Source of the DNA: Alphaproteobacteria bacterium
GTDB taxonomy: Bacteria; Pseudomonadota; Alphaproteobacteria; SPJN01
DNA: 64,000 nt
Assembly: GCA_965227065.1 (NCBI GenBank)
Contig: CBDDFN010000019.1
Coordinates: 6,731 to 70,730 of the forward strand
Reading direction: 5' to 3'
Within the stretch, counting starts at the first letter, position 1. The number at the start of each line of letters is the position of its first letter. Below the pieces are notes generated by a model. The model searched no databases. It was not told the origin of the DNA and saw only the letters and a list, made by a program, of their open reading frames with translations. Made by a program: the position numbers and the translations under genes. Below are positions 47,740 through 57,227 of this stretch, piece after piece.

Positions 47740-48760
47740 AGCGCGCCATCAGCCGGTAGGCCACAGGCGCCAACAGGATGATCCCCATAATGCGGATTAT
47801 ATGCATGGATGAGACGAACGCCGTCTCAATCCCGATGGCCAGCGCGATCAACGACATTTCCGCCAATCCGCCCGGCGATAAAGCAAGCACCATGGCGGTG
47901 GAGCTGACCCCGGCCCACTCGGCGGTGAGCGCAGCGGCCAGCGCGGCAACGCCGACATAAAGCAAACAGACGATGGCGGCATGGGCCATGATGGTACGCA
48001 CCTCGCGCCACGCCATACCGACAAAGCGGCAGCCAATGGCGGTGCCGACCACAACTTGCGCCGCGGCGACCAGTTCATTGGGCGGGCCAATTTCCACCCA
48101 GCCCAGCAGATGCGCGGCCGCTGAGACGATCATCGGGCCGGTCAGCCCCGGTGTCGGAATGCGCGCCAGATGGGCCAGCGGCACGCCGATTACCCCCAGC
48201 AGCACAAGCGTAGCGGCATCCTCCAGACTGGTCGCCATCAAAGCCACTCCGGCATTGGGAACCACCGGCACGGCGACATGATCGACCAGCCGGTACCAGA
48301 CCGGGATGGTGCTCACCACCACAAGAATGCGGGTGGCATGGCCGAGCGAGACAACCCGCAAATCCGCGCCCAGACTGGCACCGATCAGCGACATGGAGGT
48401 GATGCCTCCCGGTGCAGCCGAATAATAAGCGGTGACCGGATCATAGCGCGCCACCAGCCGCAAATAGGCAATGCCCACCACCATCAAGATGATGATCACA
48501 CCGGCCATGATGGCGACGCCGGCGCTCCAGCCCGCCAGCCGGTCAACTAGATCGGGAGAAAAGGCACTGCCGAGCATGATGCCAAGCACGGCAATCATCA
48601 CGGTGCGCAGGGGTGCGGGAATTTCAGGCCGCGCGCCCGACAAGGTCGCCACCGTGGTGACAATCATCGCACCCAGCAGCCAGGCCAGCGGCGCGCCGAA
48701 CAGGGCAAACAGGCCACCGCCCGCCGTGCCGAGCAGCAGCGCGAGCACAATTTTGTTCAT
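47732..48760 (-). CDS. AbrB-family membrane protein (AbrB_dup, annotated in databases as a putative ammonia monooxygenase)
   Basis: ~342-aa highly hydrophobic protein with an internal duplication. Start at MNKIVLALLLG (48760). Confidence 0.75.
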   Translation of the reverse strand: MNKIVLALLLGTAGGGLFALFGAPLAWLLGAMIVTTVATLSGARPEIPAPLRTVMIAVLGIMLGSAFSPDLVDRLAGWSAGVAIMAGVIIILMVVGIAYLRLVARYDPVTAYYSAAPGGITSMSLIGASLGADLRVVSLGHATRILVVVSTIPVWYRLVDHVAVPVVPNAGVALMATSLEDAATLVLLGVIGVPLAHLARIPTPGLTGPMIVSAAAHLLGWVEIGPPNELVAAAQVVVGTAIGCRFVGMAWREVRTIMAHAAIVCLLYVGVAALAAALTAEWAGVSSTAMVLALSPGGLAEMSLIALAIGIETAFVSSMHIIRIMGIILLAPVAYRLMARFT

Positions 48761-48778
48761 GTGACATGCCCCCCAAAC

Positions 48779-48883
48779 GTCATTCCGGGGCGCACACAAG
48801 TGCGAACCCGGAATCTGAAACGGGACCGGCATCGCCGGGCATCAGATCCCGGATATTTTGCAGGGCAAAATTCCGGGATGACG
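48779..48883. repeat. REP-like palindromic intergenic element, copy C (105 bp)
   Basis: Left end CGTCATTCCGGGGCG...GAACCCGGAATC is nearly identical to the module at 55038-55078. Right end TTCCGGGATGACG. Confidence 0.7.
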
Positions 48884-48901
48884 ATGGATGGGAAAGTCGT
48901 C

Positions 48902-49675
48902 TTAAAGCCCAACAAACTGCTCGCGCAAAATCCGTTCCTGCAGATCATGGCCCTCATCAAACAGCATGCGGATCGACAGGCTGCGATCTTCCTCGATCTC
49001 GACGCGAGCCACATCGCGCACTTCGGTCTGGTCAGCCACCGCCGACACAGGCCGCTTTTTGGCTTCAAGCACCTCGAAGACGAGCTTGCATTGATGCGGC
49101 AACAACGCCCCGCGCCAGCGCCGGGGCCGGAACGGTGAAATCGGCGTGATGATCAAAAGCCCTGCGCCAATCGGTACGATCGGGCCATGGGCGGATAGAT
49201 TATAGGCGGTTGAGCCTGCCGGGGTGGAGGCGAGCACACCATCGCAGATCAGCTCATTAAGCCGGACCTTGCCATCAATCCAGATGCGGATCTTGGCGGC
49301 CTGCCGGGTTTCACGCAGCAGCGAGACTTCATTGATGGCGAGTGCTTTTTGCTCGGCCCCGTCATGGCCATGGGCGGTCATGGAAAGCGGATGAACCACT
49401 ACCTCTTCGGCCTTGTCGAGCCGGGTGATCAACTCATTTTCCGAAAACTCATTCATCAGAAAACCGACCGAGCCGCGATTGAGCCCATAGATCGGCACAT
49501 CACGATCCATGAAACGGTGCATGGTCTCAAGCATATGGCCATCGCCGCCAAGCGTGACGATGACATCGGCCTCGCCGGGATCGACAAAGTCATAATGCTT
49601 GTTGAACAGCTCGGCTGCCTCACACGCCTCATCGACGTCTGATGGCACGAGCGCCATTTTTTCAAATCGGGCCAT
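48902..49675 (-). CDS. nadK: NAD+ kinase
   Basis: GGDGHML motif and NE/D short motif. 257 aa. Confidence 0.9.
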   Translation of the reverse strand: MARFEKMALVPSDVDEACEAAELFNKHYDFVDPGEADVIVTLGGDGHMLETMHRFMDRDVPIYGLNRGSVGFLMNEFSENELITRLDKAEEVVVHPLSMTAHGHDGAEQKALAINEVSLLRETRQAAKIRIWIDGKVRLNELICDGVLASTPAGSTAYNLSAHGPIVPIGAGLLIITPISPFRPRRWRGALLPHQCKLVFEVLEAKKRPVSAVADQTEVRDVARVEIEEDRSLSIRMLFDEGHDLQERILREQFVGL

Positions 49676-50688
49676 TATCCGCCTGTCATCGACATTGATC
49701 TTGGGACCGCCATCCGGTCCATCCGAAAGTCATGCGCCTCCGGCTTGTTGATCATGGCGCGATCAAGCGCCGCGTCAACCGCTTGGAGCGGATCATCGCC
49801 GCGCACGGCGGTGCGGAAATCCACCGCATCGTTCTGGCCCAGACACAGATAAAGCTGCCCAGTACAGGTCAGGCGCACCCGGTTGCAGCCTGCGCAGAAA
49901 TTCTGGGTGAGCGGCGAAATAAAGCCGAGCACCCCGCCGGTTTGTTCCACCTGCACATAGCGTGCCGGGCCGCCGGTGCTCATCTCAAGGGGGGTGAGCG
50001 TGAAAGCCTCTGCAAGCCGGTCGCGCACCACGCTTAAGGGCAGAAAATCGGCCTCGCGGTCGGTTTCCACCTCGCCCAGCGGCATGGTTTCGATCAGCGA
50101 CAGGCTCATCCCGCGCGCATGGGCAAACCGGATCAGCGTCTCGATTTCGTGCTCATTGATCCCTGCCATCGCCACCGTGTTGAGCTTGACCTTGAGCCCG
50201 GCGTCGAGCGCGGCATCAATGCCATCCAGCGTCTGTTCAATCCGGCCAATGCGGGTGAGCGCGGCAAAGCGGTCCGCATCGAGCGTATCAAGCGAGATAT
50301 TGACCCGCTTCACGCCCAGCTTTTTCAGATCGGCGGCATATTTGGGCAGTTGTGAGCCATTGGTGGTCAGGGTGAGTTCTTCCAGCCCGCGGCCGAAATA
50401 GGCCGACAGGCGCTCAAACAAATCCATCACCCCTTTGCGCACCAGGGGCTCGCCCCCCGAAATGCGGATTTTGGTGACCCCGCGCGCAATGAAGCGGGCC
50501 GAAATCAACTCAAGCTCCTCAAAGCTCAAAAGCTCAGACCGCGGCAGAAAATCCATCTGCTCAGCCATGCAATAAGTGCAGCGGAAATCACACCGGTCGG
50601 TGACCGAAAGGCGCAAATAGCTGACCCGCCGGCCAAAGCTGTCAACCAGCGCTTTCTCAGATTCGGTGATTTTGTGCGTCACAGACAT
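49675..50688 (-). CDS. moaA: GTP 3',8-cyclase MoaA (radical SAM)
   Basis: Radical-SAM cluster motif CDFRCTYC and C-terminal CxxCxxxR motifs. 337 aa. Confidence 0.93.
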   Translation of the reverse strand: MSVTHKITESEKALVDSFGRRVSYLRLSVTDRCDFRCTYCMAEQMDFLPRSELLSFEELELISARFIARGVTKIRISGGEPLVRKGVMDLFERLSAYFGRGLEELTLTTNGSQLPKYAADLKKLGVKRVNISLDTLDADRFAALTRIGRIEQTLDGIDAALDAGLKVKLNTVAMAGINEHEIETLIRFAHARGMSLSLIETMPLGEVETDREADFLPLSVVRDRLAEAFTLTPLEMSTGGPARYVQVEQTGGVLGFISPLTQNFCAGCNRVRLTCTGQLYLCLGQNDAVDFRTAVRGDDPLQAVDAALDRAMINKPEAHDFRMDRMAVPRSMSMTGG

Positions 50689-50759
50689 GTCATAGGTTTA
50701 GCATGATGCGTTAGACTTGGGCAGTGATAGACCCAACACTTCTTAGGGGGGAACCGGGA

Positions 50760-52244
50760 ATGGCATCTCACATTCTCGCGATGGATCAGGGCACGACATC
50801 CAGCCGTGCCTTTGTGTTTTCAGACCAGGCCGAACCGGTGGCCGTCGCGCAGGCGGAATTTGAGCAAATCTTCCCGCAAGCGGGATGGGTCGAACATGAC
50901 CCAATGGCGATTTGGCAAACCTCCCTCACCACCGCGCGCGAAGCGCTGTCAAAGGCAGGTTTGACCGGGACGGATCTGGCCGCCATCGGCATCACCAATC
51001 AGCGTGAAACCACCCTGATATGGGACCGCGCGACGGGCGAGCCCCTCCACAATGCCATTGTCTGGCAGGACCGCCGCACGGCCGGTCTTTGCGCCGAGCT
51101 CAAATCCCAGGGCCATGAGACGGATGTGACGTCCCGCACCGGGCTTTTGCTCGATCCATATTTTTCGGCCACCAAGATCAACTGGCTGCTTTCTCATGTG
51201 GAGGGCGCGCGCGCCCGCGCCCAGGCCGGGGCTTTGTGTTTCGGCACGGTTGAAAGCTGGCTGATCTGGAACCTGACAGGCGGGGCCAGCCATGTCATGG
51301 ACATCACCAATGCCGCCCGCACCCTGCTGTTTAATATCGACACGCTTGATTGGGACGACACGCTGTGCACCCTGTTTGATATTCCCCGCGCCATGCTGCC
51401 CACCGTGCATGACAATTGCGCCCAGTTCGGCGTGGCGCAGGCGGAGCATTTCGGCGCCCCGGTCCCCATTCTGGGCAGTGCGGGTGATCAACAGGCCGCC
51501 TCCATCGGGCAAGCCTGTTTTGAGGCCGGCCAGCTCAAATCAACCTACGGCACCGGCTGCTTCGCGCTTCTCAACACCGGCGAGACCCGCGCCTTTTCGC
51601 AAAACCGGCTTTTGGGCACGATTGCGTCGAAATTTGACGGCACGCTGCATTATGCACTCGAAGGCTCAATCTTTATGGCAGGGGCCACCGTACAATGGCT
51701 GCGCGACGGGCTGGGGCTGATCAGCAGCGCGTCTGAAACGCAAGCCCTGGCCGAAGCCGCCAATGACGCCGCCGGGATCTATCTGGTACCCGCCTTTACC
51801 GGGCTTGGCGCACCCCATTGGGATGCAGAGGCGCGCGGGGCACTGGTGGGATTAAGCCGCGACACCGGCAAGGCCGAAATCGTCCGCGCCGCCCTCGAAG
51901 CGGTGTGCTTCCAGACCCGCGAACTGATGGAGGCGATGGCCAAGGATCGCGGCGCACCGCCCCAGACCTTGCGGGTTGATGGCGGCATGGTGGTCAATGA
52001 CTGGCTGTGCCAACGGCTGGCGGACCTGACCGGCCTGCCGGTTGAACGGCCCCGCATCACCGAAACCACAGCCTTGGGCGCGGCCTATCTGGCGGGGCTT
52101 GAAGCGGGGCTGTTTTCCTCCCGCGACCGCATCGCCGAGGATTGGGCGCGCGAAGCGCTGTTTGAACCGCAAATGAGCGCCGATGAGCGCGAAAGCCGCT
52201 TTGCCGGATGGATGGATGCGGTGAAGCGGACCTTAAGCCGCTAA
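50760..52244 (+). CDS. glpK: glycerol kinase
   Basis: FGGY kinase. The N-terminus ILAMDQGTTSSRAFVF is characteristic. ~494 aa from the ATG at 50760. Confidence 0.93.
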   Translation: MASHILAMDQGTTSSRAFVFSDQAEPVAVAQAEFEQIFPQAGWVEHDPMAIWQTSLTTAREALSKAGLTGTDLAAIGITNQRETTLIWDRATGEPLHNAIVWQDRRTAGLCAELKSQGHETDVTSRTGLLLDPYFSATKINWLLSHVEGARARAQAGALCFGTVESWLIWNLTGGASHVMDITNAARTLLFNIDTLDWDDTLCTLFDIPRAMLPTVHDNCAQFGVAQAEHFGAPVPILGSAGDQQAASIGQACFEAGQLKSTYGTGCFALLNTGETRAFSQNRLLGTIASKFDGTLHYALEGSIFMAGATVQWLRDGLGLISSASETQALAEAANDAAGIYLVPAFTGLGAPHWDAEARGALVGLSRDTGKAEIVRAALEAVCFQTRELMEAMAKDRGAPPQTLRVDGGMVVNDWLCQRLADLTGLPVERPRITETTALGAAYLAGLEAGLFSSRDRIAEDWAREALFEPQMSADERESRFAGWMDAVKRTLSR

Positions 52245-52870
52245 TCCCCATCCACAGGCAAATAGGCAGCGCGCAAGATTGCTGTGGCGTGGGCGATCAG
52301 ACGGCCCCGATCAAGATTCAACTGTTCTGGTTCACCATCTGCAATTGAGTTGAAAACCGCTTCAAGCGTCATCATCCGCACCGCATCGGCTTCACGTTGA
52401 CCCGGCCGATGTTCTTTCCGATGCGCCCGTAGAGCTCCCGCAATTTCAAGCTGACGCAATTGCACTGCGCGATAAGCCTGAAGCGCCACTTCATCAGATT
52501 CAATCAGCAGGCGCATCGCCAATCGTAGGCCGCGCCACTTGGTGTACAAATCCACCTGATGGGCGATGATCTGAGCGACAGCAATATCAGGATCAAGATC
52601 AGTCAGCACAGCCTGTTCAATAATGTGCCACTCCTGTTCGACCCAGGCCTCATAGGCAGCGATCAGCGCTTTTTCCTTGGTTGGAAAATGCTTATAAAAT
52701 GTGCCGGTCGCATAGCCTGCCCGCGCAGCGATTGAGGTGCTGGTCGCGCCCGCCATCCCCTTTTCATTGATTTCAATCGCTGCTGCTGCAATCAGCCGGT
52801 TCATCGTGTCGTGCGGTACGCCGCGACGCGGCCGATCATCATCGAGCGCATCAAGTGTGTAGTCTGTCAT
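52241..52870 (-). CDS. TetR/AcrR family transcriptional regulator
   Basis: 209 aa from MTDYT (52870). The HTH is IAARAGYATGTFYKHFPTKE. The ORF-track extension to 53356 lies inside the SDR gene and was rejected. Confidence 0.8.
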   Translation of the reverse strand: MTDYTLDALDDDRPRRGVPHDTMNRLIAAAAIEINEKGMAGATSTSIAARAGYATGTFYKHFPTKEKALIAAYEAWVEQEWHIIEQAVLTDLDPDIAVAQIIAHQVDLYTKWRGLRLAMRLLIESDEVALQAYRAVQLRQLEIAGALRAHRKEHRPGQREADAVRMMTLEAVFNSIADGEPEQLNLDRGRLIAHATAILRAAYLPVDGD

Positions 52871-52918
52871 GTCAGAAATCTGCCGCTTGACAGCTAGTGA
52901 AGTCAAGCTCATTATTAG

Positions 52919-52932
52919 TGAATAATTATTCA
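52919..52932. promoter_or_regulatory. perfect 14-bp palindrome TGAATAATTATTCA (candidate TetR operator) in a divergent TetR/SDR intergenic region
   Basis: The sequence is its own reverse complement. It lies 14 nt upstream of the SDR start and 49 nt from the TetR start. A second imperfect palindrome, CTTGAC-N10-GTCAAG, sits at 52886-52907. Confidence 0.55.
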
Positions 52933-52945
52933 TTAAAGGACTGAT

Positions 52946-53803
52946 ATGCGCATCATCAAAGGTCAGACGGTATTGGTTACCGGAGCATCCCGAGGCATCG
53001 GCGTCGCCATCGCAACCGCTTTCGCAGAGCGTGGCCTCAATCTTGTGTTGACGGCGCGCCGCGACGTCAGCGTTGCACCGGTGGCACAAAATCTGTCCGA
53101 CAGATACGGAATTACCGCCCACCCGATGGCGTGTGACATGCGCCACCACGACCAGATTGCAGCCTTGGCGGATCACTGTGCGACCGTGCTGGGCGGGATC
53201 GACATTCTGGTCAACAATGCCGGCATTGATCACACCATGCCCTTCGATGATCGATCCTCCAGCGATATCGTTGACATGATTGAGACCAATCTGACCGGCC
53301 CCATACTTCTGGCCCATGCCATTTTGCCCGCGATGATTGCGCGCGACGGGGGGCACATCGTCAACATTGCCTCGCTCGCCGGGGTCATGCCATCGGCCTA
53401 TGAAGAACCCTATAATGCTTCGAAATACGGCCTTGTCGGCTTCACCAAATCCTTGCGGCTCAGCGCACAGGATCAGGGCTGGCCTATCAGTGCCTCGGCA
53501 ATCTGCCCCGGATTTGTCTCAGGCGCAGGAATTTACGAGGCAATGAAATCCGACTACGGCATTTCCGCCCCTGCAAGCATGGGAACGGTTTCGGACGAAA
53601 AGGTCGCGCAAGCCGTCATCCGTGCGGTTGAAAAGGATCTGCCCGATATCGTTATCATGCGAGGCCAGCCCCGGCTGCTGGCCGCACTGGCGATTGTTGC
53701 ACCGCAATTTTTTGAGCGGATCATTCGCTGGTCCGATTCCTCAGCACCCTTCCGTACGGTTGCGCAGGCGCGCGCGGCATCGCGCCCTTTGACTCCTAGG
53801 TGA
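52946..53803 (+). CDS. SDR-family short-chain dehydrogenase/reductase
   Basis: TGASRGIG, NNAG and Y..xK motifs (YNASKYG). Confidence 0.88.
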   Translation: MRIIKGQTVLVTGASRGIGVAIATAFAERGLNLVLTARRDVSVAPVAQNLSDRYGITAHPMACDMRHHDQIAALADHCATVLGGIDILVNNAGIDHTMPFDDRSSSDIVDMIETNLTGPILLAHAILPAMIARDGGHIVNIASLAGVMPSAYEEPYNASKYGLVGFTKSLRLSAQDQGWPISASAICPGFVSGAGIYEAMKSDYGISAPASMGTVSDEKVAQAVIRAVEKDLPDIVIMRGQPRLLAALAIVAPQFFERIIRWSDSSAPFRTVAQARAASRPLTPR

Positions 53804-53864
53804 CATTTGGTCAGGATTACCCAAATTGTCTGAAATGTGCCCCCAAGGGCACGGGGAGAAAGCC

Positions 53865-54647
53865 ATGGCCGCTGTCGAAACACTCGAAATTCCCTCCGTC
53901 CAGGACCGGGTGAGCCCCGAAGAATGGGAAGCGCGTGTCAATCTGGCCGCTCTTTACCGCCTTGTGGCGCATAATGGCTGGGATGATCTGGTCTTCACCC
54001 ATATTTCGGTGCGCGTGCCGGGGCCTGAGCATCACTTTCTGATCAACCCATACGGCATGATGTTTGAAGAGATCACCGCCTCTTCACTCGTCAAGATCGA
54101 CACCGAAGGCACCATCGTTGATGAGACGCCCTTCTTTGTGAACCCGGCGGGTTTCACCATCCATTCCGCCCTTCATATGGCGCGCGACGACGCCAAATGC
54201 GTCATCCATCTGCACACGGATGACGGGGTTGCGGTCTCATCGCAAAAACACGGCCTGTTGCCTGCCAGCCAGCTTGCCATGGGCGTGACCTGCGATCTTG
54301 CCTATCATGATTATGAAGGTGTTGCGCTTGAATTGGATGAGCGTGAGCGTCTGGTCGCTGATATGGGCGACAAGGGCTTCATGCTGCTGCGCAATCACGG
54401 CACGCTGACGGTGGGTGAAAGCTGTGCTGATGCCTGGGTGCGGATGTATTTCCTTGAACGCGCCTGCACCGTGCAGGTCCGGGCCTTGTCGGCCGGTGGC
54501 GCCGATGCGCTCAATCAGGCCTCGGACGAATCCATTCGCAAGGCCGGAGAACAGCAAGCCATTGCCTTTACCGGCCCCGGCGGCTCGCTAACCTGGCCTG
54601 CCCTGCTGCGCTGGCTTGACCGCCGCGATCCGTCTTACAGAGATTAA
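53865..54647 (+). CDS. class II aldolase/adducin family protein
   Basis: 260 aa from the ATG at 53865, which follows a GGAGA RBS. His-rich metal-site motifs (HTHI, HLHTDDG) are present. Confidence 0.7.
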   Translation: MAAVETLEIPSVQDRVSPEEWEARVNLAALYRLVAHNGWDDLVFTHISVRVPGPEHHFLINPYGMMFEEITASSLVKIDTEGTIVDETPFFVNPAGFTIHSALHMARDDAKCVIHLHTDDGVAVSSQKHGLLPASQLAMGVTCDLAYHDYEGVALELDERERLVADMGDKGFMLLRNHGTLTVGESCADAWVRMYFLERACTVQVRALSAGGADALNQASDESIRKAGEQQAIAFTGPGGSLTWPALLRWLDRRDPSYRD

Positions 54648-54709
54648 TCAGCGCTGCGGCCCGTGCAACGGGCTTCCGGGTTCCCTCCATCGCCCTCCGG
54701 GCTTTGGAG

Positions 54710-55053
54710 CGCCCCGGAATGACGGGCTGGAGTGACGGACATGGGTGAGAAACTCCCTTGCGTCTATCTTATGGCCGACCGCAAGGACGGGACACTCTAT
54801 GCCGGTGTCACGAGCGACCTGATTGCGCGGGTTCATCAGCACAAGTCCGATGAAATTGCAGGCTTCACCCGGCGGTATCAAATCCATCGGCTGGTCTGGT
54901 TTGAACGGCACGACACGATGGAAAGCGCGATCTTGCGGGAGAAAGCCTTAAAGAAGTGGCGGCGCGCCTGGAAAATCGAACTGATTGAATCCCAAAACCC
55001 CGACTGGAAAGACCTCTACGCCAGCCTCTTCTAAACCCCGTCATTCCGGGGCG
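54710..55053 (+). mobile_element. compact GIY-YIG gene cassette bounded by 17-bp perfect terminal inverted repeats of the REP-like hairpin family
   Basis: IR-L CGCCCCGGAATGACGGG (54710-54726) is the exact reverse complement of IR-R CCCGTCATTCCGGGGCG (55037-55053). Only 14 bp and 2 bp separate the IRs from the ORF. Confidence 0.6.
54741..55034 (+). CDS. GIY-YIG nuclease superfamily protein (COG2827/UPF0213-like)
   Basis: CVYLMADRKDGTLYAGVTSDLIARVHQHK contains the GIY...YIG motif with a conserved Arg and the downstream Glu and Asn. 97 aa from the ATG at 54741. Confidence 0.8.
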   Translation: MGEKLPCVYLMADRKDGTLYAGVTSDLIARVHQHKSDEIAGFTRRYQIHRLVWFERHDTMESAILREKALKKWRRAWKIELIESQNPDWKDLYASLF

Positions 55054-55098
55054 GACCGCAGGTCTGAACCCGGAATCCCGCCCCCAGCGCGGCGCTGA

Positions 55099-55599
55099 TT
55101 ATTGCGCCTTGGCCGCCTCATAATCGGCAATGGCGGTGCGCAATTGCCGTTCTTCCTCACAGCCGAAGGGGCAGATTTCGTCAAGCCGGGACAACAGGGT
55201 TTTTGCCTTGCCCGGCTCGCCGCGCTTGAGGAACAGCTCCCCCAAATATTCATGCGCGCCCTTGTGTTTGGGATCGATCACCAAAGCGCGCTTATAGGCT
55301 TTGTAAGCTTTGTCGAGCTCACCCATCTGGCGCAAGGTGAAGCCCAGATAGTTCAGCCCATCGACATTGTCGGGATCAACATTGACCACCTTGGTGAAAT
55401 ATTTCAGCGCGGTGGCATAGTCTTCCTTGTTCACCGCCTTCACCCCCCGGCGATAGGCCTGAGCGACCTTGTCATCGGTGGCGCTGGGATTGACCGGATT
55501 GGAAAAGCCGCCGCCGCCCGCAGCGAGGCCAACACTGGAGAGTGGCGCGGCGAAAAGCATCATCAGTCCAAGGGTTAAACCTGCTAAAGCTCGTACCAT
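55099..55599 (-). CDS. exported TPR-repeat protein
   Basis: Signal peptide MVRALAGLTLGLMMLFAAPLSSVGLAA, then three TPR units (YRRGV..., LNYLG..., AHEYLG...) and a C-terminal CPFGC motif. 166 aa. Confidence 0.75.
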   Translation of the reverse strand: MVRALAGLTLGLMMLFAAPLSSVGLAAGGGGFSNPVNPSATDDKVAQAYRRGVKAVNKEDYATALKYFTKVVNVDPDNVDGLNYLGFTLRQMGELDKAYKAYKRALVIDPKHKGAHEYLGELFLKRGEPGKAKTLLSRLDEICPFGCEEERQLRTAIADYEAAKAQ

Positions 55600-55619
55600 C
55601 CTTCTATTCCAACCTTTGT

Positions 55620-55634
55620 TTGACAATTTGTCAG
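55620..55634. promoter_or_regulatory. palindrome TTGACAA-T-TTGTCAG (candidate operator) upstream of the second TetR gene
   Basis: The 6-bp arms TGACAA / TTGTCA are perfect. It lies 20 nt upstream of the TetR start at 55655 and 20 nt from the divergent TPR start. Confidence 0.45.
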
Positions 55635-55654
55635 CAACGCGCAATCTTTTCATC

Positions 55655-56293
55655 ATGACAGAACCAAACACAACTGACGCCGCATCTGAAGCCCCTGCCA
55701 AAAAAGGCGGGCGCCGGGCAGCGAGCCGCCGCCGCCTGCTTGACGCGGCGCGCAGCCTTTTTGTGGAAAAAGGCTATCACGACACGCGGCCCCAGGACAT
55801 TGCCAAGGCCGCCGGTCTGGGCCACGGCACATTTTATATCCACTTCACCGATAAGCGGGATTGCTTTTTAGCCTTTGTCGCCGAGGCGCAAGATGAGCTG
55901 ATGGCCGACATTGCCGAAGCCGGCGATCCCCCGGCGCAATCGCTGGAGCAATTGTTCACCCAGATCTTTGATGCGATTTGGGGATATACGCTGAAAAATC
56001 CCGGCGTGCTGCAAACCGTCATGTCCGATCCCACCATCATTGCGCCCGACATGGCGCCCGGTGACACGATTGTCGATGTCTGGGCGCGTGACTGGGCCGG
56101 TGGCCTGAAGGCGGCCGTGGAATTCGGCGGCGCGCGGGATGACCTCGATTACGGGCTGGTCGGCTATCTGATTGTCGGCATGCTGCAGGCCATGGTTTTT
56201 TACAGCCGCGGTGACGGACGCGATCCGCAGACCGCCCGCGACCAGCTGATCAAATTCATCACCAGTGCAATCGAGCCGCGCCCGCAAAACTAG
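55655..56293 (+). CDS. TetR/AcrR family transcriptional regulator
   Basis: 212 aa from MTEPNTT. HTH PQDIAKAAGLGHGTFYIHF. Confidence 0.82.
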   Translation: MTEPNTTDAASEAPAKKGGRRAASRRRLLDAARSLFVEKGYHDTRPQDIAKAAGLGHGTFYIHFTDKRDCFLAFVAEAQDELMADIAEAGDPPAQSLEQLFTQIFDAIWGYTLKNPGVLQTVMSDPTIIAPDMAPGDTIVDVWARDWAGGLKAAVEFGGARDDLDYGLVGYLIVGMLQAMVFYSRGDGRDPQTARDQLIKFITSAIEPRPQN

Positions 56294-56341
56294 ATCAATC
56301 ACGGGCTGGCGCGGACCAACAGGGACGCCCAAGGGGGACAG

Positions 56342-57202
56342 ATGAAAGATTTTGCAGGCAAGACCGCTGTGGTCACCGGCGGGGCGAGCGGTATTGGTTT
56401 GGCCATGGCGCAAAGCTTTGCCGACCGGGGTATGAATGTCGTGCTCGCCGACATTGAAAAACGCGCGCTTGACCGGGTCTTAGAAGATTTTCAAGTCCAG
56501 CAGGGCGCATCCGTGATGGGCGTCGAACTTGACGTCACGCGCGAAGACGAGATGCGCAAGCTTTACACCGAGGCCCATGAGGCCTTCGGCCCGATCCATA
56601 TTCTGTGCAACAATGCCGGCGTCGGGGCGGGTGGCGCAGTTGCCGAGGCCTCCCTGTCGACCTGGGACTGGGTGATCGACGTCAATCTGCGCGGCGTTAT
56701 TCTGGGGCTTAACATCTTCCTGCCCGAAATGCTCGCCCACGGCCAACCCGGCCATATTGTGAATACCGCTTCGGTCGCGGGCCTGATCTCGCCCGGCGGG
56801 ATGGCCCCCTACAATGCTTCCAAATATGGTGTGGTCGCCATCACCGAAGCGCTCGCGCAGGAACTGGAAGAAACGCGCATCGGGACCTCGGTTCTGTGTC
56901 CGGGTTTTGTCAAAACCCGGATCGCCGAATCAGGCCGCGTCCGCCAGGAACGCTATGGCCAGGCAACCGGATCGGTTCAGGACAATGAGCAGGTGGTGAA
57001 AGACTTTATCGAGGGCGGCATCAATGCGGACATCGTTGCCCGCGCCGTACTGCGCGGCATTGAAGACAAGCGCCGCTATATCTTCACCCATCCAGAATTG
57101 CTGCCCATGGTTGAACACCGGTTTGGCGAGATTGTGCGTGATTTCGAGGCCGCCCAGGTGATCATTTCCGAACTGAGCGGAGCATCAGACGCCGCCGAGT
57201 AA
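56342..57202 (+). CDS. SDR-family short-chain dehydrogenase/reductase
   Basis: TGGASGIG, NNAG and YNASKYG motifs. 286 aa. Confidence 0.88.
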   Translation: MKDFAGKTAVVTGGASGIGLAMAQSFADRGMNVVLADIEKRALDRVLEDFQVQQGASVMGVELDVTREDEMRKLYTEAHEAFGPIHILCNNAGVGAGGAVAEASLSTWDWVIDVNLRGVILGLNIFLPEMLAHGQPGHIVNTASVAGLISPGGMAPYNASKYGVVAITEALAQELEETRIGTSVLCPGFVKTRIAESGRVRQERYGQATGSVQDNEQVVKDFIEGGINADIVARAVLRGIEDKRRYIFTHPELLPMVEHRFGEIVRDFEAAQVIISELSGASDAAE

Positions 57203-57227
57203 AACCAACAATGGGGGGAACAGACCG

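Noticed and set aside
52871-53356. The 371-aa ORF 52241-53356 suggesting a much longer TetR protein.
   Set aside because: The N-terminal 160 residues are antisense to the well-supported SDR gene and lack any domain. The TetR HTH begins right after MTDYT at 52870.
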